From: Justusliebigvirus VEcB
Length of the DNA stretch: 64,000 bases
Sequence record: OZ035773.1
Strand: one strand, 5' to 3'
The translations under genes and the position numbers were made by a program. The notes below the pieces were generated by a model. The model was not told where the DNA came from. It searched no databases and saw only the letters and a list, made by a program, of their open reading frames with translations. Positions 17,635-27,149 of the stretch are shown here, one piece after another. How positions within the stretch are numbered: position 1 is the first letter of the stretch; every line of letters starts with the position of its first letter.

Positions 17635-18234
17635 ATGAAAGAATATTGGAGTGGTGAGAAGGGCTTGCTAAAGTCAGGAATGCTTTTGCGAGTAAAGAAC
17701 ATGTTGATCACACAAGATTACATAATGCCTAATCCTGGAGCATTAGTAGAATTCCTTACTGCGCGAGATCAACCTGGGGTTGGTGAAATGTGGATTGTAA
17801 CGTGGATATCTCTCGATAGTAAATTACGCGTTGCTCCTATTGACCCAAAACACTTGGAATCTCCTTACGCCAGCATTGATTCTCGGATCATAGATTTGGC
17901 TAGAGTTTATAAGGCTAGGACTGGTGTAGAATTAGATGTAGAAATTTTAAATCAATGTATTGACTTCTTACCTGAAAAAGTGCATAATGCACAACAAGAA
18001 GATAGCGGTTTAGAAGTTATTCTTCTGAATGATGGGATGTTCTCTGGTCTGGCATCTGTAGATTTTCCAATAACATTAAGATTGTTACCTGGGGAATACG
18101 TACTGGATGACACTACTATTGCTATATCCTCTAAAATTTTAGAACTCATTCCAGGTGCAAGGTGTGTTGGTGATACATCTTCCTTGCTGTTTACTCTGAA
18201 TGAAGAAGCCATTATAGTTAAAAAGGAGAAGTAA
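17635..18234 (+). CDS. hypothetical protein (199 aa)
   Basis: track ORF 17590..18234 trimmed to ATG after AGGAG. Confidence 0.5.
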   Translation: MKEYWSGEKGLLKSGMLLRVKNMLITQDYIMPNPGALVEFLTARDQPGVGEMWIVTWISLDSKLRVAPIDPKHLESPYASIDSRIIDLARVYKARTGVELDVEILNQCIDFLPEKVHNAQQEDSGLEVILLNDGMFSGLASVDFPITLRLLPGEYVLDDTTIAISSKILELIPGARCVGDTSSLLFTLNEEAIIVKKEK

Positions 18235-18339
18235 ATGATGACGTTTATTGTTGGTGTTGTTGTTGGTTATTTTGGTCACAAGTATCAGGATGTTATCATC
18301 GCTAAAGTTGACGAAGTAATCGAAAAATTTAAACACTAA
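18235..18339 (+). CDS. small hydrophobic peptide (34 aa)
   Basis: AAAAGGAGAA RBS; not in track. Confidence 0.3.
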   Translation: MMTFIVGVVVGYFGHKYQDVIIAKVDEVIEKFKH

Positions 18340-18390
18340 TTTTCTAAAAGGCTGTACTATTGTGCAGCCTATCTTTCAAAGGAGAGTAAA

Positions 18391-18564
18391 ATGTTCAAAG
18401 ATACCAATTATAAATGTGTACATTGTGGTAAATCTTTTGGTGATCACAAAGCTAAAACATTCAATTGTCCACGAAAAGGGCGAGGTAGCTTTAAAGGTTT
18501 TAATCCATCTCACGTTTATTCTCCCAACTACGAGAAACCAGAAGAAGAAAAATTTGTAATCTGA
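18391..18564 (+). CDS. small zinc-ribbon-like protein (57 aa)
   Basis: CxxC...C-P cysteine pattern; GGAGAG RBS; not in track. Confidence 0.4.
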   Translation: MFKDTNYKCVHCGKSFGDHKAKTFNCPRKGRGSFKGFNPSHVYSPNYEKPEEEKFVI

Positions 18565-18573
18565 GGAGGCAAT

Positions 18574-18861
18574 ATGGAACTAGTGCAAGAAGTTTATGAA
18601 AAACTGAAAGAAGAGAATCTTGATTGGCCTGAACATGCTCTTATTGTCGTCAAAGATACTAATGGTGAAATAAAATTCTCAAGTGTAAGTGAAGATGATG
18701 TTGTTTTAAGTCCTACAGGATATTATATGAGAGGTGTTACGTGTCTATTCAACACCAAAGTGTATCCTGAAATTAAACTTAGTTACGGTGAACCTGATCA
18801 TCCAGAAATCGTTACACGTAATGAATATGAAAATTATTATTTTGCTCGTGAAAGCAAATAA
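18574..18861 (+). CDS. hypothetical protein (95 aa)
   Basis: six-frame ORF after GAGGAGG. Confidence 0.5.
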   Translation: MELVQEVYEKLKEENLDWPEHALIVVKDTNGEIKFSSVSEDDVVLSPTGYYMRGVTCLFNTKVYPEIKLSYGEPDHPEIVTRNEYENYYFARESK

Positions 18862-18869
18862 GGAAAACT

Positions 18870-19193
18870 ATGCAAAAAATAAACACTGGTTCTCGTCCTA
18901 AACAGAAGCAAACAAAAGCAAGGGTATCTTATGTTGACAACTCTTGTTATAATTTCAAAAATGTTAAAGAAGTTATCATTGATGAAAAAGAAGGTTTGAT
19001 TCACATTTCATCTGAACGTTTGAAAGGTAGTGTTACTCTTCGTGAGAATGTATCTATACCTATGAAAGTTGTGGCTACACTCTGTGTTGATAAACCAGAT
19101 GTTGTTAACTACTATGTGTTCCGTGATAGTTGTATTTCATTACATAATAAGATTTTTAAATCTTCGCACGTTAAAACAAAACACATTGTATAA
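18870..19193 (+). CDS. hypothetical protein (107 aa)
   Basis: six-frame ORF. Confidence 0.5.
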   Translation: MQKINTGSRPKQKQTKARVSYVDNSCYNFKNVKEVIIDEKEGLIHISSERLKGSVTLRENVSIPMKVVATLCVDKPDVVNYYVFRDSCISLHNKIFKSSHVKTKHIV

Positions 19194-19197
19194 CACA

Positions 19198-19220
19198 TAA
19201 ACCCGCTTCGGCGGGTTTTC
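19198..19220 (+). terminator. rho-independent terminator
   Basis: aaacccgc-ttcg-gcgggtttt. Confidence 0.6.
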
Positions 19221-19278
19221 TTGTATGTGTGTTCTTTATTTGTTATAAGTATTCTTAGCATAAACAATAGGAGGTATT

Positions 19279-19500
19279 ATGTCTGTAGTTGTAGAAGGTA
19301 GTATTGGTTTCTTAGTAGATAACCCTCACCCTTTCGTGGTTAAGGTTCATATTCAAGAAAAGGTAAGCAACAATACGTGGTTGTGCTTGTTAGATAGTAA
19401 GATACACTCTTATACAGAGGTTTATCTTCATACTTGGCAAATTGGTACGATAACAGCAGAGGATGAATTGATAATTGAATTATATGAACGAGATCTATAG
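19279..19500 (+). CDS. hypothetical protein (73 aa)
   Basis: six-frame ORF after AGGAGG. Confidence 0.5.
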   Translation: MSVVVEGSIGFLVDNPHPFVVKVHIQEKVSNNTWLCLLDSKIHSYTEVYLHTWQIGTITAEDELIIELYERDL

Positions 19501-19575
19501 ATGACTTTACTAGAGAGTATCGTAGTGTTAATCATCCTTATCATTGTTGTCATAGGATATTTTACAGAAGACTAA
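19501..19575 (+). CDS. small hydrophobic peptide (24 aa)
   Basis: ATG abutting upstream stop; very short, speculative. Confidence 0.2.
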   Translation: MTLLESIVVLIILIIVVIGYFTED

Positions 19576-19581
19576 AAATAA

Positions 19582-19611
19582 AGCCCCTAGAATCGCTTCT
19601 AGGGGCTTTTG
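19582..19611. terminator. bidirectional rho-independent terminator at strand switch
   Basis: agcccctag-loop-ctaggggct flanked by A and T runs. Confidence 0.6.
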
Positions 19612-19676
19612 TTTGCATTAGATAGGGAAACGTATTACTAAAATAAAAAATGCGTTAGAATGCGTTACAGGAGGTT

Positions 19677-19934
19677 TTAGGAATGCATAAAATCTTCTTC
19701 AGGGCAGGTTGAGAGATAAGAGATGCACGTTGGGACAACAACAACATTATCTTTAAGGTTTGCAACCAAGCCTTTTGTAATTCCAGCCACTGCCCCGTTA
19801 ATATCTGCTTGACGGATACCAAAACCTTGTTGTGCGGATAGATAACAAAATCCCTCACCTTTCTGTTGATTATTATTGAAGTAATAAACGTAGTGCATCA
19901 TAAAATGGTCTTTAACGATTTGTTCTGTGGTCAT
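19677..19934 (-). CDS. hypothetical protein (85 aa)
   Basis: six-frame ORF between two terminators. Confidence 0.45.
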   Translation of the reverse strand: MTTEQIVKDHFMMHYVYYFNNNQQKGEGFCYLSAQQGFGIRQADINGAVAGITKGLVANLKDNVVVVPTCISYLSTCPEEDFMHS

Positions 19935-19950
19935 AATATTCTCCTATAAG

Positions 19951-19974
19951 AAAAGGGGCTTTCGCCCCCTTGGT
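19951..19974 (-). terminator. rho-independent terminator ending the Sir2 operon
   Basis: ggggc-tttc-gcccc hairpin with flanking A/T runs. Confidence 0.55.
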
Positions 19975-19978
19975 TAAG

Positions 19979-20791
19979 TTATTTAGTCAAATGATCTTCT
20001 ATCATTTTTATGAAAGCAGGATTGCTAAAAGCATCTGCGGCCTTTTCTCGATAAACAAAAACTCCTCTATCTTCGTAAAGAAGAGTTTCTTCGTAATTAA
20101 TTCCTGGGTTAACAACAATCATTTTTGTACCCATACTAAGTGCAGGGAATAATTCCCAATTAAAATTGATAACTTGGTTTGAACATCCTACTACAACAAC
20201 CAAATCTTGCATGGTCAAAGTATCAAACAAGTGATCCATATCTGCATACAAAGGTGCAGCCTCACCAAAAAATACAACATTAGGCTTCACCCAGTTATAA
20301 TCATCTATGTTTATACTATTGTAACCAATGTCTACCAGTGTTTTGTAATCTCCAGGATGCATACGGTAAACTACTTCAGGAAGATATCCGTGCACGTGGA
20401 TAACAGAATCCCTGTCTACACCTGCTCGCTCTAGTAGATCATCAACGTTTGTTGTCAAGTTTACTACTTGGTTAGGATATTCCTTAAACCACTTTGCTAT
20501 TTGAATATGTGCAGCATTAGGTTGTACATCTTTAAGCTCAACACGTCTTTTGTTATAAAATTCGTGTGTTTTGGCATACAAATCCATACCGTTTTCGTCT
20601 ACACCACCAACCACTGGAAGATCTGGTGATGTTCTCACACGATAACCTGCTTGGAAAGCTCCAATATCGCAGATCTCTTCTAAATCCCATTCTTCCCATA
20701 GGGCACGACCACTATCTGTGTCTGTTCGGAATGTTCGAATCCCACTGTCTGCACTTAAACCAGCTCCACTAACAAAAATTACTCTTCGCAT
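19979..20791 (-). CDS. Sir2 (sirtuin) family protein
   Basis: GAGLSADSGIRTFR Rossmann motif, TTNVD, HVHG, FFGE, VVVGCS; no zinc-ribbon cysteines. Confidence 0.75.
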   Translation of the reverse strand: MRRVIFVSGAGLSADSGIRTFRTDTDSGRALWEEWDLEEICDIGAFQAGYRVRTSPDLPVVGGVDENGMDLYAKTHEFYNKRRVELKDVQPNAAHIQIAKWFKEYPNQVVNLTTNVDDLLERAGVDRDSVIHVHGYLPEVVYRMHPGDYKTLVDIGYNSINIDDYNWVKPNVVFFGEAAPLYADMDHLFDTLTMQDLVVVVGCSNQVINFNWELFPALSMGTKMIVVNPGINYEETLLYEDRGVFVYREKAADAFSNPAFIKMIEDHLTK

Positions 20792-21348
20792 TCAATATCC
20801 TCTTCGTAATCATCATCCCAAGAAGATGCGTCGTAACGCTCTTCCTCTTCGAAATCCCAATTAATTTCTACTCCAAAATCTAAAAACAATTTAACAATGT
20901 TTTCTGTAGAGTAGTATTTATCATAAGCATCAGCTAGTTCCCAATACTTGTCACTCAATTTTTTATATTTAGGATCATTATAGTCATAATCTACTTTATA
21001 ACCATAATCATACATCTCTTGTTCAGCTTTAAGCATAGCTTCTGGCGTAAGAAGATTAGGGAACGGACGATTTCTTTCTTTTAACTTAGAAACAATCCAG
21101 TTTGCAACATTTGCCACTTCACCATCTTGATTATCACCTAAACAACTTGCATAATCTCCATCTTCGTAAGTGCCTAAATCCCCACAGACTTCATGTACAA
21201 TAGATGAATACGATCCACACGTTTCACAATCTGAAAAAGTGTCTACTGTTGTAATATCAATAGATAAAACTGGTAAAGCCATAGCTTCTTTCACACAAGC
21301 CTCCTCATATAATAACATATCATCAAAACCCATATATCCTCCACACAA
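20779..21348 (-). CDS. highly acidic hypothetical protein (189 aa)
   Basis: D/E/Y-rich; stop overlaps Sir2 start by 13 nt. Confidence 0.5.
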   Translation of the reverse strand: MCGGYMGFDDMLLYEEACVKEAMALPVLSIDITTVDTFSDCETCGSYSSIVHEVCGDLGTYEDGDYASCLGDNQDGEVANVANWIVSKLKERNRPFPNLLTPEAMLKAEQEMYDYGYKVDYDYNDPKYKKLSDKYWELADAYDKYYSTENIVKLFLDFGVEINWDFEEEERYDASSWDDDYEEDIECEE

Positions 21349-21387
21349 ATAAAGCCCCTGATTGGGGCTTTGGTTAAGTTTTACGGA

Positions 21388-21996
21388 TTATACCAGACTT
21401 TTAAGGTACTTGTCAAGGGCTTCTTGATCACCTTGACAAACATAGCAACGGAAGTCTTGAGCAGAAGGTTCTTTGTCCTCGTCCCAATCCCAATAAACAG
21501 TACCTTTATAACGTGAACCTGGGAACTCGAAATATGCTGTATGAGTAATATGATGTGGGCCACCCCAAAACTGTGTAAAAGTAAATTGAGGATACGCTGC
21601 TTTAACTGTATTTTCAAACCAAGTTTTACGATCTAACGCTTCGTTTATAAAATAAGCATGGCGTTCCATTTCATCCCAGTTTTTCCAAACGCATTTTTCA
21701 TCCAGAGAAAAAACAAAATCTTCACTGTTGAATTCATCTGTATCTTCCAAAATATCATAATCATGTGCACTAGGTATCCACCATCCAGCTTCTAATAGTG
21801 CTTTCACGGGTACAAAACCTTTTTCAGCATATTGATCAAATTCTTTTACTCTACGTACAGTGCAGTATTCATCTTCACCACCAATGTCCAGTAGACAAGC
21901 ACCTTTGCGTCTTGCTGCAAGACCATGTGTATCAAAAACTACAACACTACCTTCACCATCTTCACGATCTACTTGATATGCAACTTTTTGAGTCAT
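21388..21996 (-). CDS. hypothetical protein (202 aa)
   Basis: six-frame ORF in same operon. Confidence 0.5.
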   Translation of the reverse strand: MTQKVAYQVDREDGEGSVVVFDTHGLAARRKGACLLDIGGEDEYCTVRRVKEFDQYAEKGFVPVKALLEAGWWIPSAHDYDILEDTDEFNSEDFVFSLDEKCVWKNWDEMERHAYFINEALDRKTWFENTVKAAYPQFTFTQFWGGPHHITHTAYFEFPGSRYKGTVYWDWDEDKEPSAQDFRCYVCQGDQEALDKYLKSLV

Positions 21997-21997
21997 A

Positions 21998-22135
21998 TTA
22001 CCCCCAATGTATATGGGAAATTAACCAAAAGATAAATTCCCAAAAACACCAACCAAGAAAAGTTAATGGAATTATAAAAGCTATCAGAGCAGTCTTCCAG
22101 CCTTTCCACAATGTTTCCACTATTCCTCCATACAT
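21998..22135 (-). CDS. small membrane protein (45 aa)
   Basis: manual translation; fills gap between methyltransferase and 202-aa gene; not in track. Confidence 0.3.
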   Translation of the reverse strand: MYGGIVETLWKGWKTALIAFIIPLTFLGWCFWEFIFWLISHIHWG

Positions 22136-23109
22136 TTAAGAATATGTGCAATGACAGGTATAGTCCAACCGTTACCTAACATCTTATATGCTTGTGTGTT
22201 ACTACTCACTTTAAAGTAATCATCTGGCACACCTTGCAAACGGCAACACTCTTTAACGGTTAACTTTCTATAATGTACGCCTTCACTCAATTTTTCAAAA
22301 GCATCTAAATATCTTCCAGGTGGAATGTAAGCTAATAGTACGTCTTTCGGCACAGTCGTGAGGCAACGAGTTTTTTCACTATCCTGAACTTCCAAACAAT
22401 GTACCAAACGATCAGTTTTAGATGTACTACGTTTGCCATTCTCATTAATTCTACGCCCATATATTGCTGCTGGATAAAAAACCAGTTGTCTGCGACTCTT
22501 TTCAAAATACTGTTCTATATTACCACCTTTGGCATAATTTGCATCTATGCAATAAGCCTTATCTCTGTCTACAATACTATCATCTTCAATGATATCTTGC
22601 AACACTTCATTGGTAATATCCCAAGGTTTTATTTCCCAGTTGCACCAGTATAAACGTTGTCTATTCTGTGCTGTGAAATCTGCGGAGTTAATGAATACGG
22701 GATCAACACCTAAGTAACTTGTGATCACGTTTTCCCACTCCACTTTCATCTTAACGTTTTCAAGCATGAACTTAACATTAGGGTTAAACTTTTTAATATG
22801 TTCAAGAATCTCAACATATTCGAAGAATAGCTTAGATCGCGGATCTTGAAAGTTCAAACCTTTACCGGAAGAAGAGAAGCCTTGACACGGACTACCACCT
22901 AACAAAAGATCAATTTCTCCCCACGGGATATCCCATTCTCTCCATTTTGTAACATCACCTAACTGAATAATATCTGGAAAATTTGCTTGGCTTTCAGCTA
23001 TGGCAAATTTGTCTAATTCTGAAGCATAATATGTATCTACTTCAATACCTGCACTTTTTAGCGCAAGCATTCCTCCTGACATACCATCAAAAAGACTTAA
23101 AATTTTCAT
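22120..23109 (-). CDS. DNA (cytosine-5)-methyltransferase
   Basis: FDGMSGG (motif I) and GGSPCQGFSSSG (PCQ catalytic motif). Confidence 0.85.
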   Translation of the reverse strand: MKILSLFDGMSGGMLALKSAGIEVDTYYASELDKFAIAESQANFPDIIQLGDVTKWREWDIPWGEIDLLLGGSPCQGFSSSGKGLNFQDPRSKLFFEYVEILEHIKKFNPNVKFMLENVKMKVEWENVITSYLGVDPVFINSADFTAQNRQRLYWCNWEIKPWDITNEVLQDIIEDDSIVDRDKAYCIDANYAKGGNIEQYFEKSRRQLVFYPAAIYGRRINENGKRSTSKTDRLVHCLEVQDSEKTRCLTTVPKDVLLAYIPPGRYLDAFEKLSEGVHYRKLTVKECCRLQGVPDDYFKVSSNTQAYKMLGNGWTIPVIAHILKCMEE

Positions 23110-23111
23110 TA

Positions 23112-23522
23112 TTACTTCTTCTCCTTAACACTAGCTGGTAATTCTGCCTTGAGGCAGAAGTTTAAACGGTAAGCCTCATTCTCATTTAAAAGTACAGATT
23201 CACACGATAACCAGAACAAGAGATCCTCAATACCAGGGCTGTTAAGCCAACAGTGCAGAAGAGAATGTTGTTCTATATCAATGTAATTTAGTAACAAGGC
23301 TTGTAAGGCGTAACTAGTTCCTGTCGTTTTTGCTTTTTCAAGGATGATATTGTGTTTACTAACAACTTTCTTCCTAAGACCAAACCATTTATTAACAACA
23401 ACAGTCTCTTCTTGTAGTTGTTTTCTTATTTTCTCACATTCTTTAACTACAATCTGCATCTTATCCACCGCTGATTGAAGTTGTTCTTTTGTTGGGTTTA
23501 CAAAATAATCACTATAATACAT
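23112..23522 (-). CDS. hypothetical protein (136 aa), first gene of operon
   Basis: six-frame ORF abutting methyltransferase start. Confidence 0.5.
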   Translation of the reverse strand: MYYSDYFVNPTKEQLQSAVDKMQIVVKECEKIRKQLQEETVVVNKWFGLRKKVVSKHNIILEKAKTTGTSYALQALLLNYIDIEQHSLLHCWLNSPGIEDLLFWLSCESVLLNENEAYRLNFCLKAELPASVKEKK

Positions 23523-23579
23523 GCTAAACTCCTCTTCTGTTTTTCTGTAGTTTATTCTAAAAAACTGGTGTTGTCAACA

Positions 23580-23601
23580 AAAAACCCGCCGAAGCGGGTT
23601 T
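23580..23601 (-). terminator. rho-independent terminator
   Basis: aacccgc-cgaa-gcgggtt; minus-strand TTGACA lies just downstream. Confidence 0.55.
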
Positions 23602-23604
23602 ATA

Positions 23605-23862
23605 TTATTCTACAGGAACTTCTTCACCAAGAGAAACTTCTAAACGAAATGCTTTACTTTCAATACATTCACTACCTTTTAGAAAATCAAATTGCACTAT
23701 AGACTGACTTAATAGAATAGATAGAATCACATCGCAATCTTCACTAGGAGCTAGATGTTTGTATTCTTCCTTCAAGGTAACATCATAAAAACATAAATCC
23801 CCTACTCCTAGTTCATCCCATCCTTCCCACGCATCTACAAAGTTAAACTCTAAACCTTTCAT
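23605..23862 (-). CDS. hypothetical protein (85 aa)
   Basis: six-frame ORF. Confidence 0.45.
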   Translation of the reverse strand: MKGLEFNFVDAWEGWDELGVGDLCFYDVTLKEEYKHLAPSEDCDVILSILLSQSIVQFDFLKGSECIESKAFRLEVSLGEEVPVE

Positions 23863-24383
23863 ACAACCTCCTCGTAATTGTTATTGTGTTTTACTGTCTC
23901 AACATACAATAAAGATTCCATCTGTAATACATTACCAGAAATAATAAATCCATAAGACATTTCAGATGTGTCTATATCATATGCCCCGTCTTCCGGTTTA
24001 GCAAAGTGTAAAACTATTTCATCTGGGTTTTCTTCATCCCATAGTTTAGAAATTTTCCGAACCAGGATGTTAGCTAAAATAGTTGACATTCGGGATAAAG
24101 CTGTATCCTCATATCTTTTAAAACCTAGCCAATAGAGGTTAAGAATTTCTACTTCTTCTTGTGTTAAGTTTTTGTCTAAAGTAATCAGATCTGTAGAGCA
24201 CGGCGTTTTTGTTGAACCTACTGTTACAAAACCTGGGGTGTTATGAAAAACAATCTTAACTTTATCACGTATAAAGTTTAAACCTTGTGCCTCAACTATA
24301 TATTGTATTGTAGGTACAATATCGTTTGTTACATCAATAAAACTATCTTTAATGACGCTTATATTATTTCTGGACAAGACCAT
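23859..24383 (-). CDS. hypothetical protein (174 aa)
   Basis: six-frame ORF. Confidence 0.5.
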   Translation of the reverse strand: MVLSRNNISVIKDSFIDVTNDIVPTIQYIVEAQGLNFIRDKVKIVFHNTPGFVTVGSTKTPCSTDLITLDKNLTQEEVEILNLYWLGFKRYEDTALSRMSTILANILVRKISKLWDEENPDEIVLHFAKPEDGAYDIDTSEMSYGFIISGNVLQMESLLYVETVKHNNNYEEVV

Positions 24384-25026
24384 TCTCCTCTAAAATAGGC
24401 TTAATAAATTCGAAAATTTGTTTTTTACTTTTACCTCGAATATTAAAACAAGGAACATTAAACTTTTTAGCCAACATCCAAGCTGTTCTTGTACCACCTA
24501 AAGGATCTCCATTTTTATCTGTGTTTGCACAAGCTAAAAGAAAACAAGATGGTTTTGGATTCTCAAGATCTTTTCCAAGAACTTGGTGGATATTTCTTTG
24601 ATGTAATTTTTTAGCACCTTGAGATAATCTGTCCCAAGCTGGATGCAATTCTTTTGCATATTGTAAGGTTAAAGCATAGTTTACACTATCTGGTCTGTCA
24701 AGAACAATAACCTCTCCCTCTATTTCATTACCTTTAAATGAGAGCCAAGGGATGTATATTTCTTTCTTTGTATTGTTCCCACTATCATATACCCCGCATT
24801 CAAATGCGGAATCTGCACCTTCTGCTTTACCAGATCGCAAAATGAACCATGTAGATAACCATTTTGCAACAGATACCATAGTATCCCATTCTTCGTCTGT
24901 AATATCTCTGCTACCAACACCTGTGTAGAATAAATCGCTCATGGTTTTCTCCTTAACAAGTAATATTGGGAGTAACAATTGGATTAACAATTGGAGTAAT
25001 AGGGTACGTAAACCAAGGGCTTCCAA
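24364..25026 (-). CDS. putative Rossmann-fold nucleotide-binding protein (SLOG/DprA-like); true start probably internal
   Basis: GVGSRD and SGKAEGADSAFECG glycine-rich motifs; weak call. Confidence 0.35.
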   Translation of the reverse strand: MEALGLRTLLLQLLIQLLLPILLVKEKTMSDLFYTGVGSRDITDEEWDTMVSVAKWLSTWFILRSGKAEGADSAFECGVYDSGNNTKKEIYIPWLSFKGNEIEGEVIVLDRPDSVNYALTLQYAKELHPAWDRLSQGAKKLHQRNIHQVLGKDLENPKPSCFLLACANTDKNGDPLGGTRTAWMLAKKFNVPCFNIRGKSKKQIFEFIKPILEENGLVQK

Positions 25027-25273
25027 TTTCCCAAGGATAATAAGGTCTACGAGGATCGTATGGAGGAGTTACTTCAGGCTTTTTCCAAATCTCCGCTAGT
25101 TGTTTCTTCCATTTATCCCTTGCTGTCTCATTATCTTCATCCAACTGTTCATCATTATCTTTTATTTCTGGTTTTGGAAATAAAAGCTCTTTGACTAACT
25201 CAACATCTTCCGTCTCAATAGTAGTTTCTTTCGTAAGTTCTCCTACTGTTTCTTTAATTGTGATTTTATACAT
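24953..25273 (-). CDS. hypothetical proline-rich protein (106 aa)
   Basis: six-frame ORF; overlaps neighbour so one start is wrong. Confidence 0.35.
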   Translation of the reverse strand: MYKITIKETVGELTKETTIETEDVELVKELLFPKPEIKDNDEQLDEDNETARDKWKKQLAEIWKKPEVTPPYDPRRPYYPWEIGSPWFTYPITPIVNPIVTPNITC

Positions 25274-26019
25274 TAGTCCTCCTCTAAAGTAGAATAAAAT
25301 TGTAACGTATTTGAATCATCAAAATATGCAAAGGTTAAATTACCATTGAAGCAAGATCCTGTGTCCATATATACCCTATTACTGCTAATCACAGGTTTAG
25401 GAACATAAGAATGTCCGTGAAATACATAATCTACTCCTGAAACCCTAGGAAGAAGAATCCCTTCAAGTGCGCAATCTATCATATCACGATCCCACATTAA
25501 AGATTCTGTGAATCGAGAAACTTGCTCTTTATTCATATTCAAACAAAATGGCAAAACTTCTGTCACTGGTAAATGTTCCAAAACTGAAGGATACCCACCG
25601 TGAATAAAGCCTAGTTTCATATTACGATAATTGACAACAAGTACAACAGGTAAATCTTCTAGCATCAAAGCAAGAGCAGTTGCACCCTCTTCTCCACACT
25701 CGTCTAGAACTGTATGGCCTCCGTTCTGAAACCAACATTCGTAATATCGTCTATCACCTTCTAGCAACCCTTTAATCATCATATCTTCATGATTTCCACG
25801 AATACCATAACGATTTAGCTTTCTGGTGAATTCAACAACACAACGAAAATTCTGCTTGCCGCGATCTGTAAGATCTCCTAAAGATACAACAACATCTTGA
25901 TCTCGGATACCTAAAGTATTAACACCTTTCTGGTACAAATCAAAACAACCATGTAAATCACCAATAATAAACAGGTCTTGATCATCTTTTACACTAATTT
26001 CTTGATATACTAGCATCAA
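25273..26019 (-). CDS. Ser/Thr protein phosphatase (lambda-type metallophosphatase)
   Basis: GDLHG, GDLTDRG, GNHE motifs. Confidence 0.8.
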   Translation of the reverse strand: MMLVYQEISVKDDQDLFIIGDLHGCFDLYQKGVNTLGIRDQDVVVSLGDLTDRGKQNFRCVVEFTRKLNRYGIRGNHEDMMIKGLLEGDRRYYECWFQNGGHTVLDECGEEGATALALMLEDLPVVLVVNYRNMKLGFIHGGYPSVLEHLPVTEVLPFCLNMNKEQVSRFTESLMWDRDMIDCALEGILLPRVSGVDYVFHGHSYVPKPVISSNRVYMDTGSCFNGNLTFAYFDDSNTLQFYSTLEED

Positions 26020-26342
26020 CTCTCCTCAAAATCCATAAGTATAAAGATATTAACTTTACCTTCTATATTATGTTCTACAACAAGGTCTGCAAATTCTTTG
26101 TAGGCTTTTTCTTCTATTTGTTCAATATGAGACGCTACATCTTTGTATATAGCGTCACCATCTACTTTAACAAGGAGGAATAGAGATCTCACTTCAATCT
26201 CTTTATTTTTACGGGGTAGAAAATCGACGGCTTCTTGTATACGCCAGCCGAGATACCCTGGAGTCCTTTGAATATCCTCCAAATGACTTTCTAAGATTTC
26301 CCTTCCTTTGTCTATTAAAGCCTGTTCTGTCGTTATTTTCAT
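26016..26342 (-). CDS. hypothetical protein (108 aa)
   Basis: six-frame ORF. Confidence 0.45.
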   Translation of the reverse strand: MKITTEQALIDKGREILESHLEDIQRTPGYLGWRIQEAVDFLPRKNKEIEVRSLFLLVKVDGDAIYKDVASHIEQIEEKAYKEFADLVVEHNIEGKVNIFILMDFEES

Positions 26343-26352
26343 CCCCTTCTCC

Positions 26353-26925
26353 TTAATGTGTTAATGAAACTGCATAACTAAACACAGGTTCAGATATTAC
26401 ATCGGCTACAGTAATAAAAACGTCCTCGTCTTGCGTTGTTTCTACACGACATACAGTTACACCATTTACCACGAATTCAACGCAATGTGGAATATCTTCA
26501 CAAACGAAGGTAGTGTAAGTAACACCCAAAGCATCATACAAAGATTTAACAGTGTTTGCAAGTGCCGCAGTTTCTTCTTTTTCTGAGACAATGAATGCTG
26601 TAACAATAAGATTGTTTGCATAGTTTAGACTGTCCTCTATAGCCAATGATTTACAAGGTAGTAATGCAAAATATTTACCTGGTTTAATCAGACCTGCTTC
26701 CCATTGATTCAAAATTGCCTGGGATGGTTTAGTAATATAAAATAGATTTTCACTTGGGTTATCAATATTACTTCTGGCGATACAACGTGAAGGATTATTA
26801 ATATCAAATACATGATCAAAATCTACACAAACAGGTAAACTGAAAGGTGTAAATTTTTTACCTAATAATCCTATGGCTGATAATATGTTTGCTGTGCTTA
26901 TCTTCCCGTTAAAAGCTAAACGCAT
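26353..26925 (-). CDS. hypothetical protein (190 aa)
   Basis: six-frame ORF. Confidence 0.5.
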   Translation of the reverse strand: MRLAFNGKISTANILSAIGLLGKKFTPFSLPVCVDFDHVFDINNPSRCIARSNIDNPSENLFYITKPSQAILNQWEAGLIKPGKYFALLPCKSLAIEDSLNYANNLIVTAFIVSEKEETAALANTVKSLYDALGVTYTTFVCEDIPHCVEFVVNGVTVCRVETTQDEDVFITVADVISEPVFSYAVSLTH

Positions 26926-26936
26926 ATTTAACTCCT

Positions 26937-27140
26937 TTAACTAGCGACCGTAACTTCCGAACTTTCTTCTTTCGTACTGTCTACGATATGCCTGGTGGCA
27001 ATATACGAGACTTGCCAGTTACCATCTGGTGTAGTCTCAATAAGTACCCTATCTACTTCGAGAAAATGCAAAAATTCAACCATCGCTCGCTTCGATAGGA
27101 ATTGTTTTTTAACAGTCTCCTCAAAAGATTGAACTGCCAT
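26937..27140 (-). CDS. hypothetical protein (67 aa)
   Basis: six-frame ORF. Confidence 0.4.
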   Translation of the reverse strand: MAVQSFEETVKKQFLSKRAMVEFLHFLEVDRVLIETTPDGNWQVSYIATRHIVDSTKEESSEVTVAS

Positions 27141-27149
27141 GTTTCCTCC

